This document shows positions 13,601-27,079 of a stretch of 64,000 bases of DNA, piece after piece. Each line of letters opens with the position of its first letter. Within the stretch, counting starts at the first letter, position 1. Both the position numbers and the translations under genes were made by a program. The stretch comes from Yuukianura sp. NJ FZ-2021 (lineage: Eukaryota), in the NCBI GenBank assembly GCA_046563655.1, contig CM102290.1, positions 10,540,001 to 10,604,000 on the forward strand, given 5' to 3'. A model generated the notes under the pieces. The model was not told where the DNA came from. It saw only the letters and a list, made by a program, of their open reading frames with translations, and did not search any database.

Positions 13601-16600
13601 AGTCACAACTTGAATTTGATCTTTCCCTCCTCCGTCTTCCTTCGACTTTGAATTTGAATCCTAGGCACCCCTCTTAGCATAGCTTAACTATGAGGTTTTA
13701 GGCTAACCTTCAACCTAACCTGAACAAAGGAAATAACCCTAATCAACTCCACCACCACCCATTGTCTAAGATTCAAAGTTTAGGACATGGAAGTTGATAC
13801 ATAACCACTTTGTGTGTCACAAGTAACCTAACCTAGCATTAATCTGCGGAACTTGGAAACATCATCTTCCTCATCCATCCCAAAGTCCAATTATCTGCAG
13901 CCCAAATTACGCTGTCTCAGAAACTATGTTTTTATGCAAAGGTTTCCAAAAGGCTTCTTCATTACGAGTCTCAAACGCCCTCAATCCATCACTAACTTTC
14001 TCCATCGTAACTTTTTAACAGGTTCAAATAAAGTCAAAGATTTACGACTAAACAGATTAACCTAACATAAAACCTAGCCAAACGCACTCTTCTTTCTAGA
14101 ACAAAAGTTGTAGTAGCGTCCTAACTTTTAGAAGCTCAATTAATAAAAACGTAGATTATTTGCCCTTGGGCAAAGTTTATATTTTACACTTCTAAAAGTG
14201 ACTGCGTTCCTAAGAACAAAGAAAAACTAAATGCTAATTACTTTAGACGTTACTTTAGCTAAACTTTACCCTGACCAATGTCCTCTAAACTAATGATGCA
14301 TCTGACCCCTACTATAAGCTTCTTATCCATCAAAATAGCGTGGGATTAGAATTTCAAAGTGAAAATAGCTTTTTAACGATCATTTAAAAATACTTAATTC
14401 AAACGTTATACTAAACACTGGAAAGTGATTCGCTTTCAAAAAAAACATTAAAAAGCTTAATTCTTTTTTTTAACAAAATCAAGATTTTTTTGGAATAAAA
14501 TCAAGAACAAAAGCGGCTCTAAAAAGTTCTCGAAAATCTCAATTATTTTGTTCACCTTTGATACTGATTTAGTGAATTCAGGTTCAGAGTATAGAAAAGA
14601 AGCCCGCCGTATTTGAAATCCTCTTGGAATTGAATGGAACCGCCTCATCATCGCGTCCATTCATTGGAACCTCATAAACTCCATGTTCATTTTCAGTTCC
14701 AAGATTTCATCTTTGGACTTTTGGAATTTCTGTAAAGGAAGTAAAACTGCGGATCCTTGAGGATCCTTTAAGATTTTGACACTCTGGAGCTGGAGTTCGT
14801 TGGGAGCCAAAGGCGCCTGATTTGAAAGTGTGATAAGTGAGAGGGTGGTGCGGAGATTGAGGGTGTAGAGTAGTGAAAGTAAAGCTAAGGTGAAAGGCGC
14901 TTCTGGAAGGTTAGGTTAGGTTAGGCTTCCTTTAGAAGTTCCAAAGGTGATAATAATCAAGGGCGTTGCGAAGACACGGGGAAGACGTCGTCCTCATCAG
15001 AATGCCTCAGCACGACACAATTTATTGACTTTAGACACGCCGTGTCGCAGAAGAACCACTTTTTCAATACAGACTTCCATTGTGGGAAGTTGTTCTTGTA
15101 AAAATCCCCAACTTTTGCGGAAACTGAACTAATATTTACAGAAGTGAATTTAAAAAAAAAGTGCGGGCAGAAAACGTTTTTCGCATTTTGAGAAAATTGA
15201 AACGATTTTCTTCTGCTGCCAAACACGTAAGACGGCGTGAAAATTCTGTCTTTTTTCTGTAAGAAAAAATATAGGAAAGAAAACATAGTTTTCAAAACCG
15301 GATTTCAAAATGGGCCAATTTCAACCACAAGTTAGAGGTACTTTGAAGTCATAGGTGCGAAAATACACACGCACGAATTCTGCTCTGGTAGAATTCGTCA
15401 TTCGACCGTCGTCTACATTACAAATTACAGTTAGGAATGAGGTATATATTAATGGGTAACCAGTAAATTTCTTACATGAAAATCTGACAGTTGTGGAAAA
15501 CGGGGAAAAGCTTTATACTGATATCGGGAAATGCGCTAGCGGGGAATGAGGGTAGAATATAAAATCGGGAAATGTTCTACCGGGAAATTGCGAAACTTGT
15601 TACCTAAAAGAGACAATTATATTACTGCAAATCAGAAAAATGAGCATTAACACAGAAACCAGGAAAGGCTGGACTAGCCGGGGGAGTAATTCGACCCCCG
15701 GGAGTGTTGACGTACTTTTACCTTTGAATACAAGGGGGGACGGGGTGGAAAAAGCGGGGGAGGGGGAGGGCGGGTGAGGGGGCTACGTGCTCCACCGGAT
15801 GCTGATGACTGTGGAGATAGTTGAGTAGTTTTGAATTGGAATAGTTGGGACGGGATCCGAGTGGTTCGCTGTAAATCACGGTGCGGAACCTTTGGGATTG
15901 TCGTCTCGTGTGGAATTTATGGGGGAGGGGTGCGTCTTCCCCTGGCAGAGGGGAGTAACTATTGAGAGGCTGGCGTAGATAATGCAAGGACTTTAGATAC
16001 ATTACTTTACGACTTTCTCCAAGTGCTATCAAATCTATCTTTACTTTGTTGAACTCTGACTGCCAAAGCGACACGGGGAGGTTCACGCAGAAAGTAAATA
16101 AGAAAGTAAGAAGCCCAACGTTTCCTGGGAAGGAGCAGGAAAAACAGCGGGAAAATGGAAACCGTTTGAAGGCAAAGTGTAGAAAGTGGATAAATTGCCA
16201 CGATAAAGACCTTCATCGTTCACTTTTCTTTTTCCGGAAAATGGAAAATTGGCAAAACGGAGAGAACCGCCAGCGCGGGACTTTTTATTTGAAAAACTTT
16301 GTCCAGAAACACGGTTCCCGCTCTGTGAAAAGATTGAAAGGCAGGTGTTATTTGCCATTGTCATATTTGCACTTTCGCTCTGTTCCTTTCAAACTTTCAT
16401 TTATTTCGTTTATTTTCCTCTATTCAAAGTTTATTCTAGCCTAAACAAGGTTAGCTTTAACCTTGAAAAATGTATTTTTCAATTTTAAAATAAATTTTTC
16501 AGTTAAGTTAAGATTATGTGTATTCGAATGATGTATGTTATTCAATTTTCTCATTTTTTTTTAAACTGAAATTAGGTTTTGATTTATTGTAATGTAAAAC

Positions 16601-19600
16601 TAATGACACTGTAAGATTTGATGAAGATGACACTAATGTCGTCTGTGTCTGTTAGGTTTTAGACGTTAGACGGCGTTAGATTTAAAATTGTCTGTGAAAA
16701 TAACCTAAATAAGACTCCCTCGTCTGGAATGGAATGAATTGTGAAACCTGTCAGTTTTTTAATCTGGTTCAAAATCTTTCAGAATTTGAAAACATAATCA
16801 TAACTCTATACTATTTTGTGCACTTGGAGCTTTCTCAAGTGCTTTCCCTTGGAGCGCTTCAAAGAAAACAGAGAAAAATAGGGTCGAGGAAAATAAGAAA
16901 GAGGATAAAAGGGAGGGAAATGTTCTTTTTAAATTACATTTTAAACGAAAAATCACTTTCACTTCAAATTTTCAAAATCTTACTTTTCCGCGCTCCTTTA
17001 TGTACTACAACCTCGCCCTGATGAACAAAACGCCCCCAGGCTCAATTTCTACTTCCTTTGTAGTAGCACCTAATAACATACGAACGAGAAAGAGCGTGGA
17101 AAAGACAATGTCGCTACCTGATTTTTTTTTCTTTCAAAAAAGATACGCTGTAAAGTAATTTCAAGTATTTCGTCACCAAAACCACCAACTTTATTACCCG
17201 CCAACCGTAACTCTCAATACCCTCTAATTTTGATTTGGATTTTTTTCTTCAAAATTTCAAAAATAAAAAAAAATCGCCATTTTCAAGAACAGAATCACAG
17301 CTATGGTTGTGATGACGTAATACTTTAACAAATTCTAGCATCCATCTCTACTAGGTTTCGAGTGAGAAGAAAAATGAAAGATTTCGGGTGATGATGCCTT
17401 GAGGAACAAAGTCACGGCGGTTCACGACGTCTTGAACAGCGCGAGTTTCTTTCTTTTTTTTTGAAAAGTGGTTAGTTACATGCGATGTGCTTACGGCAGG
17501 CCCTCCCAAATTTATAAATGCAACTCAAAAGGAATTCAGTACTACTATGCTCTTCAGTTCACAATCGAATCCAACGCCCATCATCACATTTTTCTAATCT
17601 AATTCCATTTCGGAAGAAAGCGGGCGGGTTTTTCGTTTTAAGGAATAAGAAAAAAAAATAATGGCGCGGGAAATCACTCTTTTTTAACCAAAGATGATGG
17701 GCGTGTGCAGACGATGGATTCAAAAAGAGTAGGATAAAATGAACGTGATGTTCAAAATTTTAGAAATGGGTCACGGGCATGCAGGACTTGATGTTTTGGG
17801 GCGAGGTCAAACGAGGTCAATTTTTTGAATGCCAAGGTTAACTGCAAATGGATTTTTTCCTCGGTGTTTTCAATTTCTTGTAATTTGTGATAAATGAGTT
17901 TAAGTAAATTGATTGTTTTTTTTTTTGCAAAATCTCTGTATAGTAGATGTGTTTGAACATTTCTTGAAATTTTTCTTATATTGTGTAATTTTTTGAATGA
18001 TTTTGGAAATCGGGTTTAGTGGTGTGTTTGAAGAGCTTATATGATTTGGATTGAACTGCTTGGAAGTAAATCCGCTTCCGACGTTTTGATAGAAATCTTT
18101 TAAAAAGATGAGATCCAAATGTTCCTGGAAGGAATTTTTACATAAACTGTGAAGACGCGGCGGTTGTTTAGGTTTAAGTTAGGCTAGGATTAGGTTAGGC
18201 TCGCGGCTTGTGTTTGTTTTGGCGTGTAACAGGTGCTGGGCTTCCCACTAGTGCATAGGAACGCCAATCCCAAACTTTCCTCTGTTTTGGGATTTATGAT
18301 TAACTTTGCCATGTCTCCTTGATTACGAACAGTTTACATTCTCCGAATCTCGGGAATTGTTCGCTTCAAATGCCCGGGAAAAGGCAGCCACCGAAGTTCT
18401 CACCGGAGCCCCACGGTGGAAGGAAAAGCAAGGTGGGAGCATATGCAAATTGTACAAAAGCAACCACTTTCAGTAGATTCCACTTCCACAGATCATAATA
18501 TCCAATTCACAAATGAAATTTACGTATTCTAACGTATACCAAAATCTGTTCTATGGATCACTCAGGAATCAGATTACGCCTGTTCTTTTGCATAGTATTC
18601 ATCCGCTAGCTTATCGTTGGATTTCGGAACAAATCGGAATCGTTCGTTTTTTTGGTCCGCGTGTTTAAGTAACGTGAGTTTAGTAACGTATTTGAAGGTC
18701 GTCATTATCGTTTATAAGTTCGGTAAAGTAGAACCAACAAGTCGGTCCCAGCTTCTGGATTGCCTATTTCTTGTAAAGTTTAAACTGAAAGTTTTATTTT
18801 TTTGGAAATGAAAACTTTTTTGAAACGAGTGGATTTTGGATGTGAGCGGGCGGTGGTGTTCGGACTGCGTTTGCACAAATGATTTGGAACTGAGTTCGGA
18901 CCTAATCGAATGAAACTAATTGAGAAATCTTTAGTGGTAGGCGGGAATTTTCAAGTTTCAAAACCAGAACCTCTTCAGAGTGAAACGTTAACATTTGAAC
19001 AGCGTGAAATGAAAAATGAGACATTCCCTTCGTTAATCAACTTCTCAAAGATTCTGAGACTGTTGTGGACGGAAGCTGGTACACCGGTACCATTAGTGGA
19101 TGGAGAAGCAATCGGACCAAACATAACTTAATACCGTCCGTCCACAGCAACCTGTCCATAAGTATCTGTTCACAAATTTCCGTTCATTAGTGACTGGTTA
19201 CGATTCGCACGACTATCGAGAAGTCGTAGGCAGAAGCGGACAAATGGACCAACGAATTCCCGGAAGAGGCGGATGCAGAATCCACATGATGGATGAGATC
19301 ATCCCGTCCCAGACGCCACCAACATTTTCTCTGTGGCTTTGATTAGAAAGTGGGGGCGGGGGAAGATGTTAGTGTTAAAGTACCTACTAAAAGTAGCTAT
19401 GGAGGAGGAGTATGACATTCCAGAAGCAGAGTTGGGAAATCAGTGGGTCTGTGACATGTATAATTTACATGGAGCGTAAAAGGTTTTTAGCTGGCAAAGG
19501 AGCTGACTAGAGTAAAAGTGAAAGTGGGGGTTGAAAAGTTCATTTTTCATGTTGAAATGGGTATCTGTCTCCCCATCAGATTCTTATGGTAGGCAGTTGA

Positions 19601-22600
19601 ATATTTCTTACTCATTTTAGTAGGAAATGGAACTTCATAATTCATTTCAGCATCGATATGAAGATGATGTGCTCTCCCAGATCTTTTACAAATGTTAGCC
19701 TAATGCACTTTCACTCTAGAGATCACGACGTCAAAAAGTACTAAGGTGAACGATTCTATGCAAAACTTTCTCAAATCGTGGCGGGAAACTTTGCCAAAAA
19801 CTCTCAAGTCAAAGACTCTTTCTTTAATCGGAACGTTGAAATTTTCCAAAAAAGAAATTCGCAAAATGCGCGGTGCGACAAACTTTTAAAAAGTTGTAAC
19901 ATAACAAAGTCTCGTCAATTTTAGTAAAGTCAAATAGAATATTTTTCATTTCATTTTTCATCTTCTTAACAAAACATTGCCGAGAAAAACTTCTTTTTTT
20001 TTTTTGCTAAGTTGCATTACGTAAGGTGTTTTTTTTTTCAAAGTGCGCTAAATCTTGTAAAAAAGTGGCGATTCATGAATCATGGCTGTCTAGTACGATT
20101 ACTTTAGGTTGAGTTAACCTGCGATTACTCTGTGGGACATTGAATTAGAGACTGTTGGAGAAGAGGAGTGGGCGGGAAAGTTCAAATAATTCTTATTTCG
20201 TTTCCATTTCTCTCTAGCCTGGACTTAGAACTCTAATCTCAGTTTACTATAACATAACCCAGTACTAGCATTAACTAACCCAAGCTATAGTACTATCCTT
20301 AACCCTTCAAAGATTCAAACCCTCAACAAAGGTGAAAGTGGCATGATCTCTTGGAAATGGACTTTGGTGGGAAAGTGGATCCCACCGTGGTGGGTTCTGA
20401 GCCACTTCGCAAGACTTTCGTCGAAGAAAGATGTTCGTTGAGGGAGTGTGCTAAAGCTCAGTATGTGGTCATCATGATTGATAGTCAGAAGACGACAGAG
20501 AGGATCTTTTCAACCCCCCAGTTGATCATCATCAACCACCAAAACCCACGAGCCCCACCGGTGGGGCAGAGATTTATTTAAAAAGAAGCGCCAATTCCCT
20601 CCGCCTGTGGGTGATGAGCCACAACGAAAACCATAAGTCCCACTAATCCTCGGTAAGTCACGACCACAATCCGCCAGCCTTAAGTCATCCCATTATTACC
20701 CTTCATTTCCAAATTCAATTGATCATCCACCTCCCACCCTCGTGTCATCAGAAACAAAAAATCGCGGTCAAACTAGGTCAGTTTTTTACTATTTGAAAGA
20801 GATTTTAAATATCTAAGGTTTTTTTTTTGTTAAAACTGATCAGTATTTTCGAAACCCGAAACTTTACTTAAATTTACTGTAACATTGCATTACTTAGGTT
20901 TATTGTTGAAGCTGTGACAAATGGAAATTTTGAAAAAAGAAAAGAAAAAAGAAAGTCTGACTGGTGAACAGTTTGTCATCTGCCCTAATGCATCACTTCC
21001 ATGTTCAAATGGATGAGCCACTTACCTTAATAAAATTCGCAACTCTCACAAATCACTCCTAAACTTTTCAACATTTTGTTTTGAAAATGAATGAAATTTT
21101 CACCGAAACCTTCAACATCCACCATTACACGGCAAATTCCACTAACGTTAAATTTGAATGTAATTTATTTACGTTGGATACGTCAGGTACATTTCAAGCT
21201 ACGTTTTTATTAAGCTATCGGGTTACAGTGGATTGAGTTATGGATTTGGGGAGTTTTGTTTTCGAAATAAGCTAACAAATGAATCTGAAATTTCCCACTT
21301 TAGTCTGTCACTTTCTGAAAAAAAGTTTTGGTTGTGTAAAACCCTCAAACCGGTAAACCCCAACTTTCTCTTTTTTTGGAAAAAAGTTTTGGAAGAGTCA
21401 GCAGCATTTGGGCGCCGCCGGAGACTTAGAATGGCAGTTTCTTTTGGTGAGTCATACACTTTGTGCTTCACTAAGAACCTCAGTTTAAGATAGACTTTCT
21501 CCTAGATTTTAGGTTAGGTTATATAAAAAAAGCGGGGAAAAACGAAGAAGAAAAAACTAAGTTAAGAAAAGCCCTAACTCATCAAGAAAGTGAAAAGTCA
21601 AAGGAGGAAAAAAATGAATAAAAAACCCACAAGAACATTTTATACACATATCCTTTTTTACAAATTATATTTTTATCGATTTCCTATGTTTGACAACAGC
21701 TTAACTTAATCCGTCATTTCCTAAAACAACTCACAAAAAGGTGAAATTTTCAAGTTGTTTTTTTAAAATTTTAAAATCTTGACCAAAACAAACCTGTCAA
21801 AAGCATTTGTCAACAAATTTTTTAACCGAATTATGATTTTTTTTAACCTCAAAATCGGCGATTCTTGGAAATTCAGCGGCGTCTTTTCGTTTTTTTAGTT
21901 TTTGAAAAGTTGATACCAAGTGGCGGGAGAGTTTAACAAAGTTTTGCGTTGGTGTGAATGAGCCTCAAGAGTCTCAAGTCAACACTTTTCTGTCTTAAAA
22001 TTCACTGTGCCAATTATCAAGTCAGCGAAAAAGGCGCGATGAGACGCTTTTAGATCGCTTCACAAGCTGTCGTCGTCTTCCAGTCTTGTCCAGGATGTTC
22101 CTCCAGTTTGAACATTTTGAATCTCCCGCCGCTCGACAACAAACACCGATCTTCTTCTTCTCTTGAGTAGCCATGGTATCGAATCCAGCTTCTTCCAAAC
22201 CCCCTCTCTCTTTCTCCCCTCCATCTTAATCACATTACCTTTTATTTCAATGAGCGGGAACTTTTGAAAACGAAGATCCAGTTATGATATTTGCATGGAG
22301 GAGGCTTTGAGAGAAAGTTCACTTTCTTCAATCCACTCCACGAATTTCAACTTCCAAGTTCCATGTCTTCCATGGATTCTATGGTTAGGTTATGGAACTG
22401 AGGATAAATTGGAGTTTATGGAACGCTGGAAAACTGTGCTGCTATTCTATAAAAGAAATTGAAAGAAAATCACATACTAAGGTTTCTAAATGGGTCTGCA
22501 AACGGAATCCATTCTCTCCTCAATATCACATAAATTAAGACCAAAAACAAGGAAGGGGAAACTTTCTTCTTCCTTTTCCTCAACTTTTTCTGGAGGAATT

Positions 22601-24914
22601 TGGAGGAATGCAGGAAGTAACTATTCATCAACGGATGCTTAAAAAAAGGCTAAAAGGAAAAGTTCTTTTTTCTCTTCTATTTTTTCTGAAGAAAGCTCAG
22701 AGTTAATTGAGTTGAATAAAGTTTGGAGGGAAGGTTGAAAGAGATTCAAAAATCATTAAAACCATTTTTACTAAATTACTTACGCTGAAACTCAAACTTT
22801 CAACTTTGTGACTCCTGCCGACTGCAAACACCCAAAAAGTTGTTTCAAAAAAATTCAAATACTTGGCATTACCTCAACTTTTTTTAAAAAATTCTTTTGA
22901 AGACATGCGATTTTTTTACATAGGAAAATACAAGCAGAGAAAGCAGGGCTAAAAGCCCTAACTGGAGTTACAAGTTGCCGGTGATTGTGCCTTTTTTTGT
23001 AGATTTTTTTTTTTGAATTGTTTGCCATATTTTTAAAATTACTTTTTTGCACGCTGCTGTTGAAAGTTTGTACTTGTTACGTGAAAGCACTTGTACAAAA
23101 ATCATCCCTTCGTCATTCCTTCCTTTTTACGCAATTTTTGTTGTTGTTTTTTGTTTCGCCACAATTTTGCATCTCCGTTCACTAGCGCAGCAATTGCTGC
23201 AGTTTTTCGCTCTGCTATTCTCAAAATTTCTACATCTTGTGAAAAATCTTGACTCTGCTGAGTTGAGTTCTCATTTGTTGTATTACAGATCTGTATGGTG
23301 AGTATGAAATTTTCAAAAAGTCTCCCGCTTCTTGGAAATGAAAAAGATGATGACAACGGTCATGTGACCCACACAACACTAAAGGTAACAATGGCTAACG
23401 GATATGGTTACGTTTACTTACAATGGGAACGTAGAGATTTGTTCTAATAAAATGAAAGTGAACGTCAAAGAGTAACGGCCGTGACTCTCCAAATTCCCAT
23501 TTCCATTTGGCAGAATATGAGCAATTTAAGGTTTCATTCTGGAGTCATGGTGGATTGAGATGATGCTTGTCGCTAGTCCCTAGAGTGGGTACTTATGATC
23601 CTAGGTGTGGATTCTGGAAGGTGTCCTTGATGTTCTCAAAATTGTTCAAAAGTACCCATCATTAGCAACAGCAAATTCAGCCTACTTCAAATCTTTAGAA
23701 ATAAATCTTAGCGTCGTATCATCAACTTCGAACTTGAAATAGGGTTAAATTGAGGGCCTGTGACCAACAAAATTAAGATCATCTGATCATTCTATACCAA
23801 AACCACAGAGTTAATGTCATGTCGTCAACATTTCACGAAAAGAGTTAAGCTTTCTGGAAGAAAAGTTATGGGAGGAGAGTTACCGTTAAAGTTTATGATC
23901 TCCTCAAGGCCATGCCGGGAGCTCGACATTTCATTTCCAACCAATCAGATCACTTTTACGACTGCGCTGTGTTGGTTATGTAGAATTCTTATTCATTACT
24001 TTATTCATGTTGTTTCAAGGTCAAAGTTTGAGAGGTCGAAGGTTAACCGTTGTATGACGTTCTATGGCCGGCGTGTTTTCGCAAGGTTTTCTTGAACAAC
24101 GAAAGGTTTGTATTCTAAACAAGCTCCAACGTGTTATTTGCACCGTGGATCTTCATTTCCACGGTGTTTGTTTTTAAACAGCACGTGATTGCAGCACTTG
24201 AAGAACCTGGAACAGATACAATTTCCCGTGTTAAACACACATTAAGCCTTGTGCTCTAATTGGACACTGGAGCTGTTCAAATGAAGACAAAGGGATGGAA
24301 GGGAGAAAGGTGAGGCCAGAGAAAGTGGAAGTGGCAAGAGAACCATTTGACCTGTCACGTCAACCCCTTATCTTAATTAAACAAATGTCAAAGGTCACAG
24401 GACTCAATTCCAGTGTACTGTAACAATTGCTGCTATTAATCAACAGAGTTTCACAAAACTAGTCTTTTCAGTCGCTAAATATGTTACTAGGGTCTCTTCT
24501 ACTGTTCTATTGGAATCCAGAGAAAATCTTTCAGGAGAAAGTTTTATGAAAACAAAGAAAAAGAAAGGATGAAAATATAAAGAAAACAGATAGTTTTAAA
24601 AAAAAAATTAAAAAAAAATTTTTTTACATTAAAAACCATTGATTTGGCCTCAATTGTGTCATTATAGATTCATGAGGCCGGGCGAGAGGCAAAAACCATG
24701 TCCTTGAGCGAATGACAAGTTTAACAACTGAGCGTTCGCACAAAATCTTGAACTGAAGGTTTTAATCCTGTATCATGTGCATCAAAGCGATTTTACCGAA
24801 AATGCCCGACTCTTCATTTGAAGCCGAATCAAAAATTAAATGGTAATTCTGAGCCAGAGCGGTCAAAGCATAGAAATCACAGCAACGTTCAAATTTTTGA
24901 TATGGACCATAATT

Positions 24915-25830
24915 CAATGTTTTTTTTAACGAAATTTGGTCAAAATTTGAGGGTACCTTTTAAAATTTTTTTAAAATACTCCATATTTTTGTGAATTCAG
25001 CGGCGAAGAGTTTACCTCTCTACCACCTTTTGTTCCTGAAATATGAATTTTTAAAGGTTTTGTAAATCAAAATAAAATTTCGAAAATTTATATCTCGAGA
25101 ACGGAAAGCGATAGAGACCTAATCTCTTCGTGAAAAACTTTCAAAGCAGATGAAGAAATTTTAGAAATATTGAAAACTCCAAAATGGAACATCAAGTTTT
25201 TCGTCAAATTTTGAAAAAAACCATGGACTATAGTCCATGGATTTTTTCGAAATTTCGTCAAAATCTGAGGGTACCTTTTTATATTTTCTAAAAATACTCC
25301 TTATTTTTGTGAATTCAGGGGCGAAGAGTTTACCTTTCTATCGCTTTCCGTTCCCGAGTTATGAAATTTGAAAGTTTTTGAAAATTAAAATGAAATTTTG
25401 AAAATTTATATCTCGTGAACGGAAAGGGATAAAGACCTAATCTCTTCGCGAGAGACTTTCAAAAAACATGAAGAATTTTTAGAAATTTTGAAAACTGCAA
25501 AATCGAATATCAAGTTTTTCGTCAAATTTTGAAAAAAACCATGGACTATAGTCCATGGATTTTTTCGAAATTTCGTCAAAATCTGAGGGTACCTTTTTAA
25601 AATTTCTAAAAATACTACATATTTTTGTGAATTCAGGAGTGAAGAGTTTACCTCTCTATCACCTTCCGTTCCCGAGTTATGAATTTTCAAAGTTTTTGAA
25701 AATTAAAATAAAATTTTGAAAATTTTTATCTCAGGAACGGAAAGCGATAGAGATCTATTCTCTTCGCGAAAAACTTTCAAAAAATATGAACGATTTTTAG
25801 AAAATCGAACATGAAGTTTTTCGTCAAAAA
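24915..25830. repeat. Tandem repeat with a 318-bp period (about 2.9 copies); each unit is made of two inverted subunits
   Basis: GAGGGTACC recurs at 24949, 25267 and 25585. The perfect palindrome CCATGGACTATAGTCCATGG occurs at 25221 and 25539. A second symmetry axis near 25390 is flanked by imperfect inverted arms (TATCGCTTTCCGTTCCCGAG ... CTCGTGAACGGAAAGGGATA). Outer boundaries are approximate. Confidence 0.92.
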
Positions 25831-27079
25831 AAATAACATGGTCAGGTTAATATTTTAAGAAATTTTAAGAAGTCAGAATGGAGCATCGAGTTTTTAGTCA
25901 AATTTTAAAAAAAATAGGAAGATAAGTCGATAAACTTTGGCAAGTTCTTTTGTTTCAAACATTTTGTTCCAAACGACACGAAACGCTGAGATTAATCCGA
26001 ACAATCGGAACACAAAATTGTCTGCCTTCCATTACTTACGATATCGCAAGGTGTTGACATATTGCCGGATTTATTTGTCGATGAGAAACATAACATGTTT
26101 ATGTTTATTTCATGTTCAATCAGTAAACAAGCAACTAATATATTCTAGAAAAAAGAAAGTTTTTATCACATTTGCACCAAATATTATTAGTTAATAACGA
26201 TACTCTTCAATCCGCGATGATCATCGTGATGGTGGTGGTGGAAAGACACAAAGCGTTGCCCAAGACAGTTCTCTCCGACCCAAAAAAGTAGGGGCGGGGG
26301 AGAGAAAAATTAAAATTATAATTAACTTAAGTAGCAAAAATCAGAGTATAATTTAAATTTGTAAAGTTTCTACTGGGATTGCAGGATTATTTCTTGTTTA
26401 AAATTATTACATTTTCTCAAGAGGACTCGATTCCCTGAGAAAAAACTTATTGGCATTGAACAACGTATAAAAACAACAGTCCTTTTCCGTAGCCCATTCG
26501 ACGTGAATACGACTGTGATGATCGTGTGTAGATTCGTACTTTTTAAGTTACAATTAAATATTAAATTACTTTTTAAAACAATTAAGTCTCGGACGTTCCG
26601 ACACATTTAGTTAAATTATTTTTAGTCATCGTCGTCCCACTACCTTAACTGTAAGTAGTAAGTTCCAACTTAAAAAACTATATTTTCTAAAACTAGTTAT
26701 TAACTCTCTTATCAAAAGCTTTACGAAGATTTTCCACCTCAAGTAAAAAATCGGAGGTTGGGTACAGACTTTATACCATTTACGTAAGCAAGGAATTAAA
26801 GCACAATTTTATTATTTAACTCCTAATCTGGAAACGTAGAGCCTACGCTGATCTTGCCCTAACGAAACTCTAGGCCTCGACTCTTCAATTGAATTCACTC
26901 CCACTTTAGAAATTTAGATATAACACTCATGCTGCCAAGAAATTTTTGAGCATGCAATTAACCAATAGCTGAATCTGCTTCAAAATAATGTTTAAACTAA
27001 TTTACCAATTATTTCTTCCTTATGCTTGATTTCTTTTTGAATTCTTCTGGATATTACTTCTGCCTTTGGACCAATGTAG

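Noticed and set aside
18600..19280. Decayed inverted repeats and a 10-bp stem (19064-19073 / 19137-19146) as a possible MITE or pre-miRNA
   Set aside because: The matches are short and patchy, there is no TSD, and the stem is too short for a pre-miRNA.
23289..23303. Plus-strand AG-ATCTGTATG-GTGAGT possible micro-exon or first exon
   Set aside because: I could not identify any downstream coding exon on the plus strand before the repeat array and the AFF4 3' end.
11000..24000. Numerous 60-130 aa ORFs rich in F/K/L/S
   Set aside because: Their composition reflects poly-A/T tracts, most begin at non-ATG codons, and none shows domain or splice support.
24915..25830. CRISPR-like interpretation of the regularly spaced palindromes
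   Set aside because: The intervening sequence is itself repeated rather than unique spacers, the context is eukaryotic, and there are no cas genes.
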